DNA of 64,000 nucleotides from an uncultured Candidatus Binatia bacterium (GTDB lineage: Bacteria; Desulfobacterota; Binatia; UBA9968; JAJDTQ01): positions 2,688,001-2,752,000 of the forward strand of contig OZ243916.1 in NCBI GenBank assembly GCA_965213675.1, in the 5' to 3' direction. Below are positions 1 through 10,350 of this stretch, in pieces. Numbering within the stretch: the first letter of the stretch is position 1; every line of letters begins with the position of its first letter. The translations under genes were made by a program, and so were the position numbers. The notes below the pieces were generated by a model. The model ran no database searches, was not told the DNA's origin, and worked only from the letters and a program-made list of their open reading frames with translations.

Positions 1-230
1 AGTACAACAAGCTCGTGGATGACGGCCGCACGGAGTCGGATCCCGCCAAGCGCAGGGCCATCTACCGCAAGGCGCTGGAGCTGATCAACACGGACCTGCC
101 CCACCTGTTCCTGGGGCACCTGCCGATCTTCCAGGCGGCACGAACGCACCTCAAGAACATGAAGACCAACTGCCGCGGCGACGTGCGTTGGTCTGACGGC
201 GGCGTCACGCACGCCTGGCTGGACAAGTAG
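1..230 (+). CDS. C-terminal fragment of ABC transporter peptide/nickel-type (family 5) substrate-binding protein, 5' truncated by window edge
   Basis: YNKLVDDGRTESDPAKRRAIYRKALELINTDLPHLFL is typical of SBP family 5 C-termini. Confidence 0.75.
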   Translation, partial: YNKLVDDGRTESDPAKRRAIYRKALELINTDLPHLFLGHLPIFQAARTHLKNMKTNCRGDVRWSDGGVTHAWLDK

Positions 231-246
231 CAAACGGTTGCCGCAA

Positions 247-348
247 GCACGCGCCGGAGCCCGAGGGCTCCGGCGCGTGCACGGCACCCAAAGCCCCCCA
301 GGAATAGTAGATTGCAGGAGGTGCGGCGGACCGCCGCACCTCCTGCAA
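247..348. repeat. Two consecutive perfect GC-rich hairpins (247-280 and 312-348)
   Basis: gcacgcgccggagccc/gggctccggcgcgtgc (16 bp) and ttgcaggaggtgcggcgg/ccgccgcacctcctgcaa (18 bp); no U-tract. Confidence 0.85.
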
Positions 349-404
349 GTCCGGTCGGCGACTTTCCTCCGGGCTTTCAAGACCACCCCAGTGAGGGCAT
401 CCCA

Positions 405-1391
405 ATGGAAACCCCAACGCTGTTCAACAGTCCCGACAAGTTCGAGAGCAAGTTCGCCACCGCCGACGGCTACCGCACCCACTACGTCGAGGCGGGCAAG
501 GGCAACCCGGAGAGCCTGCTGCTGGTCCACGGCGGCGGCATCGACATCGGCATGGACCTGTACCGCTGGTACCCGGTGGTGCTTCCGCTGGCGGAGAAGT
601 TCCACGTCTACGCCATCGACGAACTGGGCCACGGCGAGACCGATCCGCCGCGGGATACCAAGGACCTTTGGCGTCCCACCGTGCGCGCGGAGCACGTCAT
701 CAGCTTCATCGAGGCAATGGGCCTGGGCCCCATCAACCTGGTGGGCCAGTCCACCGGCGGTTGGATCGTCACCTACATCACCATCAAGCGGCCCGACCTG
801 GTCAAGAAGCTGGTGCTCATCGACAGCGGCAGCACCGCGGGCTCGGCCCTCGACACCGAAGAGAAGTCCGACGCACCCAAACAGGTGGAAGTGGACGGCG
901 CCATGGTGCAGGTGAGAGACGGCGTGCTGCCCTACATGAAAGAAGTCTTTAAAGAGGGCACCATGCACCCCAAGGAGGGGCTTACCAGCACCCGGGAAGG
1001 CATTCGCAAGTTCGTCAGCACCTACATCCATGCCAAGGAAATGGTCACCGACGAGTGGGTCGAGCATCTCTACAAGTTCGCCCAGAAGTGGAACGACCTC
1101 TACTTCACCCACAAGGGCAAGGAGTTCTGGGACAACACCAGCATGAAGGAGCATTCCAGGGAGTTCTACGTCGACGGGGTGCACATCCGGGACCGGGTGC
1201 ACGAGATACGGACCCCGACGCTGGTCATCTGGGCCAAAAACTCCAACAAGGGCGTGGACCCCGGACTCGCCCTTTACAAGCGTATCCCGGACGCCCAGCT
1301 TCACATCTTCGACAAGGCCAACCACTTCCTGTGGCTCGACCACCCGAAGGATTTCGTCAGCCTGGTCACTTGGTATCTGTCCAAGAGTTAA
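405..1391 (+). CDS. Alpha/beta hydrolase (meta-cleavage-product hydrolase-like)
   Basis: HGGG oxyanion motif, GQSTGG nucleophile elbow, ANHF His; start ATG 405 matches paralog N-terminus. Confidence 0.85.
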   Translation: METPTLFNSPDKFESKFATADGYRTHYVEAGKGNPESLLLVHGGGIDIGMDLYRWYPVVLPLAEKFHVYAIDELGHGETDPPRDTKDLWRPTVRAEHVISFIEAMGLGPINLVGQSTGGWIVTYITIKRPDLVKKLVLIDSGSTAGSALDTEEKSDAPKQVEVDGAMVQVRDGVLPYMKEVFKEGTMHPKEGLTSTREGIRKFVSTYIHAKEMVTDEWVEHLYKFAQKWNDLYFTHKGKEFWDNTSMKEHSREFYVDGVHIRDRVHEIRTPTLVIWAKNSNKGVDPGLALYKRIPDAQLHIFDKANHFLWLDHPKDFVSLVTWYLSKS

Positions 1392-1435
1392 AGAGCGGAG
1401 GGGAACCCGCCGCGCCAACCGCATAGGAGGAATCC

Positions 1436-2416
1436 GTGGAGACCCTGTTCAACAGTCCCGACAAGTTCGAGAGCAAGTTCGTGACCGCCGACGGTTACCG
1501 GACTCATTACGTGGAAGCCGGCGACAAGGACGCCGACAGGCTGCTGCTGGTCCACGGCGGTTCCATCGAAGTGGGGATGGGCCTCTACCGGTGGTATCCC
1601 AACGTCATTCCGCTGTCCGAGCACTTCCACGTCTACGCCATCGACGAGCTGGGCCACGGCGACACCGATGCGCCCAGGGACCTGGACACGCTGGGGCACG
1701 TGCGGTTCCGCGCCGAACACGTCATCAGCTTCATCGAGGAACTGGGCCTGGGACCCATCAACCTGGCCGGGCAGTCCCAGGGCGGCTGGATCGTCACCTA
1801 CATCACGTTGAAGCGGCCGGACCTGGTGAAAAAGCTCATCCTCATCGACAGCGGCAGCACCGCGGGCTCGGCCCTCAAGACCGAGAACGACACCGAGACG
1901 CCGGAGTACGTCGAGATCGACGGCGTGAAGCAGAAGGTGGGAAGCGGCGAGCTGCCGTACTTCAAGGAAGTCTTCGAGCCCAACAGCATGATGCCCAAGC
2001 AGGGCCTGACCGACACCCGGGAAGGCCTGCGGAAGTACGCCAGCGTCTTCTTCTACGACAAGTCCATGGTGTCGGAGGAGTTCCTGGACTACCTGATGAA
2101 TCTCTCCACGAAGTGGAACAAGCTCTATATGGACCACAAGGGCAAGGAGTACTGGGGCGACCGGGGCCTCACGGGTCACTCGGACATGTACGGCTTCGAC
2201 GGCAAGCACATCCGGGACCATGTCAAGGACATCGACCGGCCCACCCTGGTGGTGTGGGGCAAGAATTCCAACAAGGGCGTCGATCCCGGTCTGGAGCTTT
2301 ACAAGCGCATTCCCGACGCCCAGATGCACGTGTTCGACAAGGCCAACCATTTCCTGTGGCTGGACCAGTGGCAGGAGTTCAACAGCCTGGTCACCTGGTT
2401 CCTGACCAAGGATTAA
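1436..2416 (+). CDS. Alpha/beta hydrolase, tandem paralog of 405-1391
   Basis: HGGS, GQSQGG, ANHF; RBS aggagg before GTG; long identical blocks with upstream gene. Confidence 0.88.
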   Translation: METLFNSPDKFESKFVTADGYRTHYVEAGDKDADRLLLVHGGSIEVGMGLYRWYPNVIPLSEHFHVYAIDELGHGDTDAPRDLDTLGHVRFRAEHVISFIEELGLGPINLAGQSQGGWIVTYITLKRPDLVKKLILIDSGSTAGSALKTENDTETPEYVEIDGVKQKVGSGELPYFKEVFEPNSMMPKQGLTDTREGLRKYASVFFYDKSMVSEEFLDYLMNLSTKWNKLYMDHKGKEYWGDRGLTGHSDMYGFDGKHIRDHVKDIDRPTLVVWGKNSNKGVDPGLELYKRIPDAQMHVFDKANHFLWLDQWQEFNSLVTWFLTKD

Positions 2417-2434
2417 CAAAGGAAAGGATTCCCA

Positions 2435-2818
2435 ATGGAAGTCTTCAACGTCAAGGAAGTCGGCAAGTTCTCGGACCAGAATCCCGATCAGCCCTACTCG
2501 GAAAAGGCGGAGGGCGGCTACATCCGGAACCGCGTGGTCTCCAACGACAAGTGCTCGGTCACCATCGCCTGCTTCCGCGACGGCGAGACCCCGGGAGAGG
2601 CCCTGCACAGCCATCCCGGCGCCATCGAGATCTACTACGTGGTGGAGGGAGAGTGCCTGGGCATCGACAGCCAGCGCAACGAGCAGCGTTGCGGCCCCGG
2701 TTCGGTGGTGTACTTCGACGCCGGCGAGCCCCACAACATCCACTCGGCGCCGGGCAGCGACGCCTTGGTGTACCGGGTCCAGATCGGCGCGGACCGGAGC
2801 GTCAAACGGCCCGCCTGA
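2435..2818 (+). CDS. Cupin domain protein
   Basis: HSHPGAIEIYYVVEG and GEPH cupin metal motifs; RBS. Confidence 0.85.
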   Translation: MEVFNVKEVGKFSDQNPDQPYSEKAEGGYIRNRVVSNDKCSVTIACFRDGETPGEALHSHPGAIEIYYVVEGECLGIDSQRNEQRCGPGSVVYFDAGEPHNIHSAPGSDALVYRVQIGADRSVKRPA

Positions 2819-2880
2819 GCCGCGCCCGACGGCGGAACCACGACCCGGCCCGCGCCCGGGCCGGGTCGCCGGCTGCGATC

Positions 2881-3327
2881 ATGCCCATCAAGGTTATCGA
2901 ACTGCACCACCACGGCATCCGCATAGCACCCACCGCGGATGCCGTGGCCCAGGCCCGGCATTTCTACGTCGACGTGCTGGGCATCCCGGCCGACTCCGGG
3001 AGGCCCGATATCCCCGGCGTGCCGGGGCTCTGGCTCGATGTCGGCGCGGCCGCGCAATCCGCCCAGATCCATCTCATGGGCGCCGTGGGACAGTCGCCGC
3101 CGGCGCGCAGCGACACGGAAGACCCGACAATTCCGCACGTGGCGCTGGCGGTTGAGGACATCGTGGAAACGCGCCGGGAACTGGATGCGCAGGGGATCTC
3201 CTACTGGCAGATCGACGGCCTCGTGGGCACGGACTCGCAGCAGGTCTTCCTCCGGGACCCCTTCGGCAACATGATCGAGTTGCACCAGGTCGGCACCTGC
3301 CGCTGCAACCAGGCTGCCCGGGGATAG
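2881..3327 (+). CDS. VOC/glyoxalase family protein
   Basis: LHHHGI, FYVDVLG, HVALAVED, FLRDPFGNMIEL. Confidence 0.85.
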   Translation: MPIKVIELHHHGIRIAPTADAVAQARHFYVDVLGIPADSGRPDIPGVPGLWLDVGAAAQSAQIHLMGAVGQSPPARSDTEDPTIPHVALAVEDIVETRRELDAQGISYWQIDGLVGTDSQQVFLRDPFGNMIELHQVGTCRCNQAARG

Positions 3328-3357
3328 CGGATAGAGTCAGCCTCCTCGGCGTTCAAG

Positions 3358-4530
3358 ATGGCCTTTCAGGTTCAAGAGAAGTTCCGCCGCTGGGTCGACG
3401 TGGCCGAGTCCCTGAGCCGGGAGAAGTTCGCGGTCAGAGCCCAGACCATCGACCGGGAAGCGCGGTTTCCCTTCGAGAACTACGAGGACCTTCGGGACTC
3501 CGGCCTGCTGGCGCTGACCGTACCCCGTGAGCACGGCGGCATCGGCGCCGATTCCCTGACCTACGCGGTGATCCTGTCCCGGGTGGCCAAGGGGTGCGCG
3601 TCCACCGGGCTCACCTTCAACATGCACTGCGCCATCGTCGACTTCCTGCTGCAACTCGCCGGCCCGGAACAACAGCAGCGTTTCTTCAAGACAGTGGTGG
3701 AGGACGGCGCCATCTTCGCGTCCATCACCAGTGAGCCGGGAAGCTCCTTCCGGGACAAGCTGGCCATACGCACGTCCATCCGCCGCCAGGACGGCAAGTA
3801 CAGGCTCAACGGCATCAAGCATTTCTGCTCCCTCTCGACAGGCGCCACGTACTACTTCACGTGGAGCCTGCTGGACGGCGCCGAGGACCTCGCCGACGGG
3901 CTCCTGAACGTACTCATCCGCGCCGACCAGCCGGGCATCGAGATCGTCCACGACTGGGACACCATCGGCATGCGCGGTACGGTCTCCAACTCCATCAACT
4001 TCAACGACGTGGAGATCCTGCCGGAGAACGTCGTGGGCGAACCAGGCGCGATCCTCGGAAAGGACATGAGCATCTGGTCCCTGGGCTACACCGGAGTATA
4101 TTTCGGCATCGCCGAAGCCGCCTACGAGTTCTGTGTCGAATATGTGAAGAAGACCCGGTTTCGGGGCATGACCGGGAGCCTGGCCTCGGACGCCCGGATA
4201 CAGCGTCAGATCGGCGAGATGGCCACGCTCCTGGAGAGCGCCCGGCGGGCGGTGGAGCAGCTCGGGATGCTGCGGGGCAACACCGACAAGGTCGAGCTGA
4301 CCTTCATCCTGAACCAGGCGAAGTACCTCGCCACCGAGGCCGCCAAGGAGATCGCCGAACGCGCCATCCGCCTCACCGGGGGCCGCGGGCTGCTCCGTTC
4401 ACTGCCGCTGGAGCGCCATTTCCGCGACGCGCTGGCGGGAGTGGTGATGCCGCCGGCCAACGACCGCTGCATGGAGACGGTCGGCAAGATTGCCCTCGGC
4501 CTGGGAGCCAAGACCCTCGAGTTCGAGTAG
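3358..4530 (+). CDS. Acyl-CoA dehydrogenase-fold flavoprotein (DszC/SfnB monooxygenase-like branch)
   Basis: SGLLALTVPREHGG, WDTIGMRGTVS, LERHFRDA; lacks IYEGT catalytic Glu. Confidence 0.8.
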   Translation: MAFQVQEKFRRWVDVAESLSREKFAVRAQTIDREARFPFENYEDLRDSGLLALTVPREHGGIGADSLTYAVILSRVAKGCASTGLTFNMHCAIVDFLLQLAGPEQQQRFFKTVVEDGAIFASITSEPGSSFRDKLAIRTSIRRQDGKYRLNGIKHFCSLSTGATYYFTWSLLDGAEDLADGLLNVLIRADQPGIEIVHDWDTIGMRGTVSNSINFNDVEILPENVVGEPGAILGKDMSIWSLGYTGVYFGIAEAAYEFCVEYVKKTRFRGMTGSLASDARIQRQIGEMATLLESARRAVEQLGMLRGNTDKVELTFILNQAKYLATEAAKEIAERAIRLTGGRGLLRSLPLERHFRDALAGVVMPPANDRCMETVGKIALGLGAKTLEFE

Positions 4531-4586
4531 CGTCCCGTGTCGTCTCCTCGATGTAAACGCGCCGGGCCGCAACACTGTACGCCACC

Positions 4587-5885
4587 ATGGTGGAACGCCT
4601 GAAAACACCCAAGCCCAAGCCCCGGGCGGTTACGGATGAAATCCGAGCCACCGTGAGCGAGATCCTCCGAGCGGTGGAGCAAGAACGCGAGGCCGCGGTG
4701 CGCAGGTATTCCGAGCGCTTCGACAAGTGGAACCCGTCCTCTTTCCGGGTATCGCAAAACGAAATCCAACAGGCCGAAGCCCTGACTGACGATGGCCTGA
4801 AGGGGCACATCCGCTTCGCGCAGGAGCAGGTGCGCAACTTCGCCAGCCTTCAGCGGGACAGCCTCAAGGACTTCGAGCGGGAAACCATGCCCGGTGTCGT
4901 GCTCGGGCAGAGGTCCATTCCGGTGCGTTCCGTGGGCGCCTACTCGCCGGGCGGCGCCTATCCGCTCATCGCGTCCGCGATCATGACCCTCGTCACGCCC
5001 AAGGCCGCCGGCGTGCCCCGGGTAACTGCCTGCGCGCCGCCGCGAAAGGGCCAGGGCATGCATCCGCCGCAGCTCTTCGCCATGGCGTCGTCGGGGGCCG
5101 ACGAGATCTTCTGCATCGGCGGGGTCCAGGCCCTGGCCGCGCTGGCCTTCGGCATCGAGGACCTGGAGCCGGTGGACATGCTGGTGGGCGCGGGCAACGC
5201 CTATGTCGCGGAAGCCAAGCGGCAGCTCTTCGGACAGACCGGCATCGACCTGCTGGCCGGTCCCACCGAGATCATGATCATCGCGGATGACTCCGCCGAC
5301 CCGGAAGTGGTGGCGGCGGACCTGCTCGGGCAGGCCGAGCACGGTCCCACCTCGCCGGCGGCGCTGGTGACCACGTCCCGGGAGCTGGCCGAGGCCACGG
5401 CCCGGGAAGTGGACCGGTGGCTCGAAACCTGGCCCACGGCCGACATCGCGGGGCCGGCGTGGCGCGACTACGGAAGCATCACGGTGTGCGACAGCGACGA
5501 TGAGATGGTGCGGGAGGCCGACGCCTTCGCCCCGGAACACCTGGAGGTCCAGACCCGGGACCCCGACTGGTTCCTGGAGCGCCTGAGCAACTACGGCACG
5601 CTCTTCCTGGGCCGGCACGCCACCGTGGTCTACTCCGACAAATCCATCGGCACCAACCACGTGCTCCCCACCGCCGGAGCCGCGCGCTATACCGGCGGGC
5701 TGTGGGTGGGCAAGTTCCTCAAGACCGTCACGTACCAGAGGGTCGCCGCCGAGGGCTCGCGCCGGGTGGCGCCGGCCGCGGACGCCATCTCCGAGGCGGA
5801 ACACATGCAGGGGCACGCCATCACCGCCCGGCTCAGGCTCGACCCGCGCCGCTTCGACGACGTGCCGGGGGAGGGGCCGGAATGA
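4587..5885 (+). CDS. Histidinol dehydrogenase paralog, HpsN (sulfopropanediol 3-dehydrogenase)-like
   Basis: PGG, AGPTE, QAEHG, APEHLEV, DKSIGTNHVLPT (DK-type rather than HisD GDY); no his genes nearby. Confidence 0.75.
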   Translation: MVERLKTPKPKPRAVTDEIRATVSEILRAVEQEREAAVRRYSERFDKWNPSSFRVSQNEIQQAEALTDDGLKGHIRFAQEQVRNFASLQRDSLKDFERETMPGVVLGQRSIPVRSVGAYSPGGAYPLIASAIMTLVTPKAAGVPRVTACAPPRKGQGMHPPQLFAMASSGADEIFCIGGVQALAALAFGIEDLEPVDMLVGAGNAYVAEAKRQLFGQTGIDLLAGPTEIMIIADDSADPEVVAADLLGQAEHGPTSPAALVTTSRELAEATAREVDRWLETWPTADIAGPAWRDYGSITVCDSDDEMVREADAFAPEHLEVQTRDPDWFLERLSNYGTLFLGRHATVVYSDKSIGTNHVLPTAGAARYTGGLWVGKFLKTVTYQRVAAEGSRRVAPAADAISEAEHMQGHAITARLRLDPRRFDDVPGEGPE

Positions 5886-5888
5886 TGG

Positions 5889-5920
5889 CGTCCTGAGCGT
5901 AGCGAAGCGAAGTCGAAGGA
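5889..5920. repeat. CGTC-type REP-like repeat (cgtcctgagcgtagcgaagcgaagtcgaagga)
   Basis: Related copies at about 32838-32990 (inverted pair) and 63071-63108. Confidence 0.6.
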
Positions 5921-5953
5921 CACCATCTCTCGCGGCAGTCTGGGGCGGCCATC

Positions 5954-6741
<788 letters not shown>

Positions 6742-6742
<1 letters not shown>

Positions 6743-6769
6743 CAGGGGCGACCCGCGGTCGCCCTCTGC
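6742..6769. repeat. GTAG-type REP-like palindrome (aggggcgacc..ggtcgcccct)
   Basis: Related copies near 17137, 17445, 27173, 31879, 59598. Confidence 0.65.
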
Positions 6770-6862
6770 GACCCCGGGCGATTCGCGCCGAGCCGGGCGA
6801 AGGAACGGGAATCGATAGCGGTCCCGCGCTGAACGGATGCAGCGATTCAAAGGAGGTATGCA

Positions 6863-7552
6863 ATGGCTCGTCTAGTGGATTTGTCGGTGGAGATCTACCA
6901 GGGGATGAACGTCTATCCCGGTCACCTGAAGACCGTGATCTTCCAGCACGTTACCCATGAGGAAACCAAGCAGCGGTTCGAGGGCGGCTTCTCGTTCCAG
7001 ACCACGGGCATCCTGCTGAACGACAACGGCCCGACCCACGTGGACTCTTTCAGCCACCTGGACCCACGGCCTGGGGCCGCCACCATCGACCAGATGCCTC
7101 TGGACCTGTTCTACGGGCCGGCCCTCTGCATCGACGTCTCCCACAAGGAGCCCTGCACCGACATCATGCCCGAGGACCTTGATGCCGCGGTGAAGAAGTC
7201 CGGCCAGGAGCTCAGGAAGGGCGACATCCTGCTGCTCTACACCGGCACCTGCGACCGCTACATGGGTCAGCCGGAATACCTCACGACCTTCCCGGGCCTG
7301 GGGGAGGAGGGCAGCATGTGGCTCGTGGAAAAGGGCGTCAAGACCTTCGGGGTGGACACGCCGACCCCGGACAACCCCATAAGCAAGACCTATCCGTGCC
7401 ACATGATGTGCCGCTTCCATCACATCACCCACTACGAGAACCTGGTGCTCACCGAGGTGGCGGGCAAACGCTTCACCTTCGTCGGGTTCCCGTTGCGGCT
7501 CAAGGGATCCCACGGCGGACCGACCCGGGCGGTGGCGCTGATGGACGACTGA
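6863..7552 (+). CDS. Cyclase family protein (kynurenine formamidase-like)
   Basis: LVDLS, THVDSFSH, GVDTPTPD, HYENL, PLRL..GPTRAVA; RBS aggagg. Confidence 0.85.
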   Translation: MARLVDLSVEIYQGMNVYPGHLKTVIFQHVTHEETKQRFEGGFSFQTTGILLNDNGPTHVDSFSHLDPRPGAATIDQMPLDLFYGPALCIDVSHKEPCTDIMPEDLDAAVKKSGQELRKGDILLLYTGTCDRYMGQPEYLTTFPGLGEEGSMWLVEKGVKTFGVDTPTPDNPISKTYPCHMMCRFHHITHYENLVLTEVAGKRFTFVGFPLRLKGSHGGPTRAVALMDD

Positions 7553-7615
7553 TCCGCGCTGTCCCTTGACGGGTCGTCGCCCGCATGCAGCGACGACACT
7601 GGGACTGGCGCGCTC

Positions 7616-8596
7616 TCAATCTTCGTAGATCTCCGGATTGAAGAGGTTGGGCGGACGCCGCCCCTCAATGACGGCGACGATATTCTCCGCCACGATCAGG
7701 GCCATGTTCTCCCGGGTCCCCACTACCGCGCTCCCGAGATGAGGAGTGAGCACGACATCCACGCGACCCAACAGATCCGCATCAACGTCGGGCTCATGTT
7801 CGTAGACGTCCAGCGCCGCACCGGCGATGAGCCTCTGCTCTAACGCCGAAGCCAATGCGGCTTCATCCACCAGCGGGCCGCGGGCGGTGTTGATCAGGAA
7901 GGCTGTAGGCTTCATCGTCCTGAGCTCGGGCGGTCCGATGAGGTGTCGGTTCTCGGGAATGCCGGCGGCATGGACGGAAACGAAGTCGGAGCGCCGGAGC
8001 AGCTCCTCCAGGGACACGCACTCGACTCCCAGCTCCCTTTCCCTGTCACCGTCCAAACGGCGCCGCTTGGTGTAGAGCACGCGCATGTCGAACCCCCGGG
8101 CGCGCCGCGCCATGGCCTCGCCGATGCGCCCCAGCCCCACGATCCCCAGGGTCTTGCCATGCACCCCCTGCCCCACCAGATGCATCGACTGCGACCCCGG
8201 GAACATCCCCTGACGAAGCGTACGGTCTCCCGCCACGATATTGCGTGCCGCCGCCAACATGAGCCCCCAGGCCAGGTCCGCGGTCTCCTCCGTCACCATC
8301 GGCGGGACGGTCGTGACCGGGATCTTTCGGGCGGTGGCCTCGGCGACGTCGATGTTCGCGGGAATGATTGCCATGCTGGCGATCATCCTTAGGCCCGGAT
8401 TGGCGCCGACAACGTTACGGTCCAGGGTATCGTGCAGCAGGCAGAACAGATAGTCGCATTTCTTCACGGCCGCGGTGAGTTCCGCGGTGATCATGATTTG
8501 GGTCGGATCGGGATTGAACTCGACGTCGCCGTGGCGCCGCAACACGCTCAATGCCTTGTCGGGGATGGGGTGGGTGACGAATATCCTGGGCTTCAT
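7616..8596 (-). CDS. D-2-hydroxyacid dehydrogenase (glyoxylate reductase-like)
   Basis: GIVGLGRIG, INTARG, LDVYEHEP, TPHLGS. Confidence 0.9.
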   Translation of the reverse strand: MKPRIFVTHPIPDKALSVLRRHGDVEFNPDPTQIMITAELTAAVKKCDYLFCLLHDTLDRNVVGANPGLRMIASMAIIPANIDVAEATARKIPVTTVPPMVTEETADLAWGLMLAAARNIVAGDRTLRQGMFPGSQSMHLVGQGVHGKTLGIVGLGRIGEAMARRARGFDMRVLYTKRRRLDGDRERELGVECVSLEELLRRSDFVSVHAAGIPENRHLIGPPELRTMKPTAFLINTARGPLVDEAALASALEQRLIAGAALDVYEHEPDVDADLLGRVDVVLTPHLGSAVVGTRENMALIVAENIVAVIEGRRPPNLFNPEIYED

Positions 8597-8754
8597 AACT
8601 TCTTCTCCCGGACTCTCCCGGACGCGGACGTTGCATGGCAACCGGTTACCAGATCGGTGCGTGGGGCGCGACAAGCACCAGCCGGCGCCTTGCGATTGCC
8701 GTGAAACGAACACCTGCGATAGAAACGCGGTCAACCAAAGAAGGAGGCAACCGC

Positions 8755-9636
8755 ATGCAGCGAGTAGGTATCGTGGGCCTGGGGCTCTTGGGGACGGCGG
8801 TGGCGTCGCGCCTGCTGAAGGCCGGCGTGGAGGTCACCGGCTACGACATGCGCGCCGGGCGGGCCGAAGCGCTGGTGCCCGGCGGACTCCAGGTCGCGGA
8901 GAACACGGCCCGGGCCTGTGCAGGCGCGGACGCCGTATTCACCATCCTCCCCTCTCTCGACAGCGTCGAAGAAGTGCTTTGCGGCCCGTCCGGCGTTCTG
9001 GAGGAAGCGCCAACGGGAGCGTTCATCATCCAGATGAGCACCATCTCGCCCGAGTTGGCACGGCGCATGGGCGCCGCCGCTACGGCCCGTGGCTACGGAT
9101 TCCTCGACGCCCCCATCAGCGGCACCAGCGCCATGGTCGCCGCGGGTGACTGCACGGTCCTGGTGGGGAGCGATCAGGCGCACTTGGACGCCTGCCGTCC
9201 GCTGTTCGCAGCCATCGCGCGCCGGAACGTCCACATGGGCGAGGTCGGCGCGGCCTCTCTTGCCAAACTCGCCACCAACCTGCTGGTTGCCCTAAATACC
9301 GCTGCCGTGGCCGAAGCGCTGGTGTTGGGCACCGCCGGCGGCCTCGACAAGGCAAGACTTCTCGATGCCTGGCAGGGTACGGCCGCCAGCTCCCGGATGA
9401 TGGAGGCAAGGGGACCGCTCATGGCCGAGGGCCGCTATCCGCCACAGATGAAGCTCGACCTCTTCATGAAGGATCTGCACCTGATGCTGGACGAAGGCCG
9501 CCGCTTGAACGTCCCCTTACCGCTCACGGGAGTCGCGGAGCGCCTCTACGCGGCCGCTGCCGACGCCGGCCGGGGCTCCGAGGACTTGGCGTCGGTCATG
9601 ACGGCCCTCCAGGGCCTGGCAAGTCAAGACTCTTGA
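8755..9636 (+). CDS. 3-hydroxyisobutyrate dehydrogenase family NAD(P)-dependent oxidoreductase
   Basis: GIVGLGLLG, DAPISG, KLATN, KDL; RBS aggagg. Confidence 0.88.
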   Translation: MQRVGIVGLGLLGTAVASRLLKAGVEVTGYDMRAGRAEALVPGGLQVAENTARACAGADAVFTILPSLDSVEEVLCGPSGVLEEAPTGAFIIQMSTISPELARRMGAAATARGYGFLDAPISGTSAMVAAGDCTVLVGSDQAHLDACRPLFAAIARRNVHMGEVGAASLAKLATNLLVALNTAAVAEALVLGTAGGLDKARLLDAWQGTAASSRMMEARGPLMAEGRYPPQMKLDLFMKDLHLMLDEGRRLNVPLPLTGVAERLYAAAADAGRGSEDLASVMTALQGLASQDS

Positions 9637-9672
9637 GGCTGCGCGCGTCAGAATTCTTCGGGCGTTGTACTT

Positions 9673-9688
9673 TATCAGAATTCTGATA
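9673..9688. promoter_or_regulatory. Probable TA operator: perfect 16-bp palindrome tatcagaattctgata
   Basis: 11 nt upstream of antitoxin ATG; partial second copy tcagaattct near 9648. Confidence 0.6.
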
Positions 9689-9699
9689 CCGTATCCTCC

Positions 9700-9963
9700 A
9701 TGCCTGTCATTCGCCCCATCTCGGATCTGCGCAACAAGACTCCCGAAATTTCAAGGCTCTGTCATGACTCCGGAGAGCCGGTTTTCATTACGAAGAACGG
9801 TGAGAGTGAACTGGTGGTGATGAGTGCGGCCGCCTACGAACGGGATCAGGCGCGACTGAAGCTGTACGAGTTGCTCAACGCGGCTGAAGAGGATGTGCGT
9901 CACGGAGACCGGGGCATCAGTGTGAAGCGCCTGGCCGCCCTTCTCCGTGAGGCGCGAGGATGA
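9700..9963 (+). CDS. Phd/YefM family antitoxin
   Basis: IRPISDLRN, EPVFITKNG, LVVMS. Confidence 0.9.
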   Translation: MPVIRPISDLRNKTPEISRLCHDSGEPVFITKNGESELVVMSAAAYERDQARLKLYELLNAAEEDVRHGDRGISVKRLAALLREARG

Positions 9964-10259
9964 CGCGGCAGATCTGCGTTCTTCGTCGCGCACAGTTGGA
10001 CCTGCTTGACATTCAGGACTATATCGCGCGGGACAATCCCGCAGCGGCGGATGATGTGATCGAAGCTATCCTCGATCTCATCGCCAGCCTTGCGGAATTC
10101 CCGGAGCGAGGACACGTTCCGAAAGATTCGATTCTCACGGCATCCGGGTATCGTTATCTGCGGCATGGTGAGTATCTCGTCTTCTACAAGGTTCTTCGCT
10201 CGCAGGTTCGTGTGTACAGAGTCGTACACGGTCGGCGTAGGTATGAAGACATCCTGTGA
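9960..10259 (+). CDS. RelE/ParE family toxin
   Basis: AQLDLLDIQDYIARDNP, FPERG, YLVFY, VVHGRR; ATGA overlap with antitoxin. Confidence 0.9.
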   Translation: MTRQICVLRRAQLDLLDIQDYIARDNPAAADDVIEAILDLIASLAEFPERGHVPKDSILTASGYRYLRHGEYLVFYKVLRSQVRVYRVVHGRRRYEDIL

Positions 10260-10350
10260 AGCACAGAGCGATGGTTCCGATGGGAGTCGATTGAAACCCG
10301 CAATCGACGTGTAGTAAGCTCCCCGGACTGCCACCTTGGAAACCCTCTTC

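Noticed and set aside
1591-2880. 578-aa ORF 1591-3327 as one protein
   Set aside because: Only the part from ATG 2881 (VOC) is protein-like; the rest is an off-frame shadow of real genes
4587-5885. Calling the gene hisD
   Set aside because: DK-type motif and catabolic context favour a paralog
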